Source: Aulosira sp. ZfuVER01 (GTDB lineage: Bacteria; Cyanobacteriota; Cyanobacteriia; Cyanobacteriales; Nostocaceae). Taken from it: a stretch of DNA of 64,000 nt. This document shows, piece after piece, positions 62,164 through 64,000 of the stretch. A model generated the notes under the pieces. The model was not told the DNA's origin and made no database searches. It saw nothing but the letters and a program-made list of their open reading frames with translations. Made by a program: the position numbers and the translations under genes. The stretch is taken from positions 77,919 through 141,918 of the forward strand of contig JAVRCV020000028.1 in the NCBI GenBank assembly GCA_034530615.2, written 5' to 3'. How positions within the stretch are numbered: position 1 is the stretch's first letter; each line of letters starts with the position of its first letter.

Positions 62164-64000
62164 CTATCGTGCATCGCCAATTAATACAAAAGGCGACCAA
62201 AAGAAAGGATGACTATCAATCTGACTCAATTTCGCCTGACGCAATGCTTCATCCTTGTTCATTCCTTGCTTAATATTTTGGTAAAATTGCACCATAATTT
62301 CTTTAGTAGTTTTGTCATCTGCACTCCAGAGACTAGCAATTACAGCTTTACTACCAGCACGTTCAAATATGTAAGCAAGTCCAGAAATTTCTTCACCATT
62401 GGATTCGGTTTGTAAACCTGTTTGACAAGCACTCAAAGTAATTAATTCCGTATTTTCTAGTCCCAATAAAGCAGCATCTCTAATATTGAATCTTTGGTCA
62501 GCAAACAGCAAAGTATTCTCTTCTAATCCCAATGTAGGACAGCCACCTTTTTGGAAACAGCCATGCGTTGCTAAGTGCAGCAGAGAAAAGCGCGGCAATT
62601 GGATTTTGAAAGTATTAAGTGTGGCTTGATTATTAATAAATGCTTCACTACCAGGGAAAATTGGCATAATATTTTTTACCTCTGCTTCTGCTTCTTTTAA
62701 CGCCAGGGGTGGTTTGGGAATAGGATTGCCAAATGCCAGCACTTTTTTAGCAGATCCGGGCGTTGTTGTTGCTTGCAGGGAACGAGTAGAAAGGCGAGTT
62801 AAGTAGCTGATAGGATATTTTTCAATCAGGTATTGATTACCGTCGTAAAGTGCCTCAAAAGGGATGTAGCGCAGTTTGCCAGTGGCGATGAAGCTGAGTT
62901 TTTTGGGTTTGCTGGCTTGAATTTCTGCTTCAACTGGGCGAATTAGCTTTTCGTAGAGTTTTTCTAAGTTGGCCGCATCAGCGACTTGATCATTAAAACG
63001 GTTGGTTAGGTAAGTATAAGCTCGTGTGATTAGAGCATTAAATTCAGCAGGGTCAACAGGTATTTTTTTCACAATGAGTTTGTCTCTGGTTAAGACAAAC
63101 AAAGCGATTGTGTTAGGGACATTTGTAACGTTGGTCAATAGCACAGGCTGAATTACTGTTGTATCTGCGGGAATGCTGGCTTTTAGTGCAGTAATATCGG
63201 TAGGGTTGGTTTCAAACAAATCTGCTATCTCAGGAAAGCGACTTCTAATGTTTTCACCTTCCTGATTCAGTTGTTCTTGTAGTTGATTAACCCGTTGAGA
63301 TATTTCTGGTGAAAACTTTTCTTGCAAATTCTTTCGCAGACTTTCTACTTGAATGTTCTTTTGATTCCACTGGTCAAGTGCTTTTTGTGCTTCTGCGTTG
63401 GCAACTTTGGCATTAAGAAGGCGAGAATAATCAGCTAACTCGGCTACAGTAGCAAGATTAGCCCATTCAAAGGCGCTTTCTGGCTGTTTTTGGCCGATAA
63501 GTAAATCAACCAAGGCAACTGCTGTAAATCGTTGGCTTTCTAAAAAGGTTTTGCGATTTTCTCGCCCGATAGCGCTACGAAGTTGTAGGGTAATCTGAAC
63601 AGATTGCTCCCAATTGTTGATGGCTTCAATGGGCTGCTTAGTATCTCGGTAAACAAGACCCATGTTACTGAGAGTTCTAGCTTCCCCAGAGCCATCGCCC
63701 ACAGCACGAAAGAAGGGAAGAGCCTGGTTGTAATATGACAGTGCCTTTTGCTTTTCTCCTAATGCAGTGTAGACATCACCGATATTGCTGAGGGTTTTGG
63801 CTTCCCCATCGCGATTGCCGACTTCACGAAAGAAGGGAAGAGCCTGGTTGTAATATGACAGTGCCTTTTGCTTTTCTCCTAATGCAGTGTAGACATCACC
63901 GATATTGCTGAGGGTTTTGGCTTCCCCATCGCGATTGCCGACTTCACGAAAGAAGGGAAGAGCCTGGTTGTAATATGACAGTGCCTTTTGCTTTTCTCCT
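62164..64000 (-). CDS. TPR + CHAT (caspase-like) domain protein, 5' end outside the window
   Basis: Frame stays open to the window edge through TPRs (EAKTLSNIGDVYTALGEKQKALSYYNQAL); CHAT motifs LHLATHG, LSACQTG, ASLW, HPFFWSPF. Confidence 0.92.
   Translation of the reverse strand, partial: GEKQKALSYYNQALPFFREVGNRDGEAKTLSNIGDVYTALGEKQKALSYYNQALPFFREVGNRDGEAKTLSNIGDVYTALGEKQKALSYYNQALPFFRAVGDGSGEARTLSNMGLVYRDTKQPIEAINNWEQSVQITLQLRSAIGRENRKTFLESQRFTAVALVDLLIGQKQPESAFEWANLATVAELADYSRLLNAKVANAEAQKALDQWNQKNIQVESLRKNLQEKFSPEISQRVNQLQEQLNQEGENIRSRFPEIADLFETNPTDITALKASIPADTTVIQPVLLTNVTNVPNTIALFVLTRDKLIVKKIPVDPAEFNALITRAYTYLTNRFNDQVADAANLEKLYEKLIRPVEAEIQASKPKKLSFIATGKLRYIPFEALYDGNQYLIEKYPISYLTRLSTRSLQATTTPGSAKKVLAFGNPIPKPPLALKEAEAEVKNIMPIFPGSEAFINNQATLNTFKIQLPRFSLLHLATHGCFQKGGCPTLGLEENTLLFADQRFNIRDAALLGLENTELITLSACQTGLQTESNGEEISGLAYIFERAGSKAVIASLWSADDKTTKEIMVQFYQNIKQGMNKDEALRQAKLSQIDSHPFFWSPFVLIGDAR
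63705..64000. repeat. Identical 120-bp tandem repeats encoding 40-aa TPRs
   Basis: 63721-63840 is identical to 63841-63960, and a further copy begins at 63961. Confidence 0.95.

Overview
Chromosomal window from a filamentous Nostocales-type cyanobacterium, judged from frequent HIP1 GCGATCGC octamers, heptamer STRR repeats and phycobiliprotein genes closely resembling those of Fremyella/Tolypothrix. The left part (1-36 kb) holds tandem filamentous-haemagglutinin-like genes, a DUF928 protein, an EamA transporter, psb34, an orphan single-module NRPS (C-A-PCP-TE, cysteine-like code), glgA, two metallophosphoesterases, an ABC exporter, psbI, an LptD-like gene, a DXCF cyanobacteriochrome kinase with a hybrid kinase partner, a SagB-type oxidoreductase and ilvC. 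The right part (37.5-62 kb) is a compact type-3 chromatic-acclimation island. It contains rcaE-rcaF-rcaC, pcyA (L-box), pebAB (N-box-like), a cpeU-like lyase, the inducible cpcB2A2H2I2D2 operon (perfect L-box) and the divergent cpcB1A1EF operon. Embedded in it is a poorly characterised block: a pentapeptide protein, a 68-aa protein with an NtcA-like site, two NblB-like HEAT proteins, a DUF1838-like protein and aplA. Three Uma2 nucleases, IS remnants and many small repeats are interspersed. The window ends in a TPR-CHAT gene with identical 120-bp repeats. No rRNA, tRNA or CRISPR array was seen. All family assignments come from motif recognition by eye, not from database searches.
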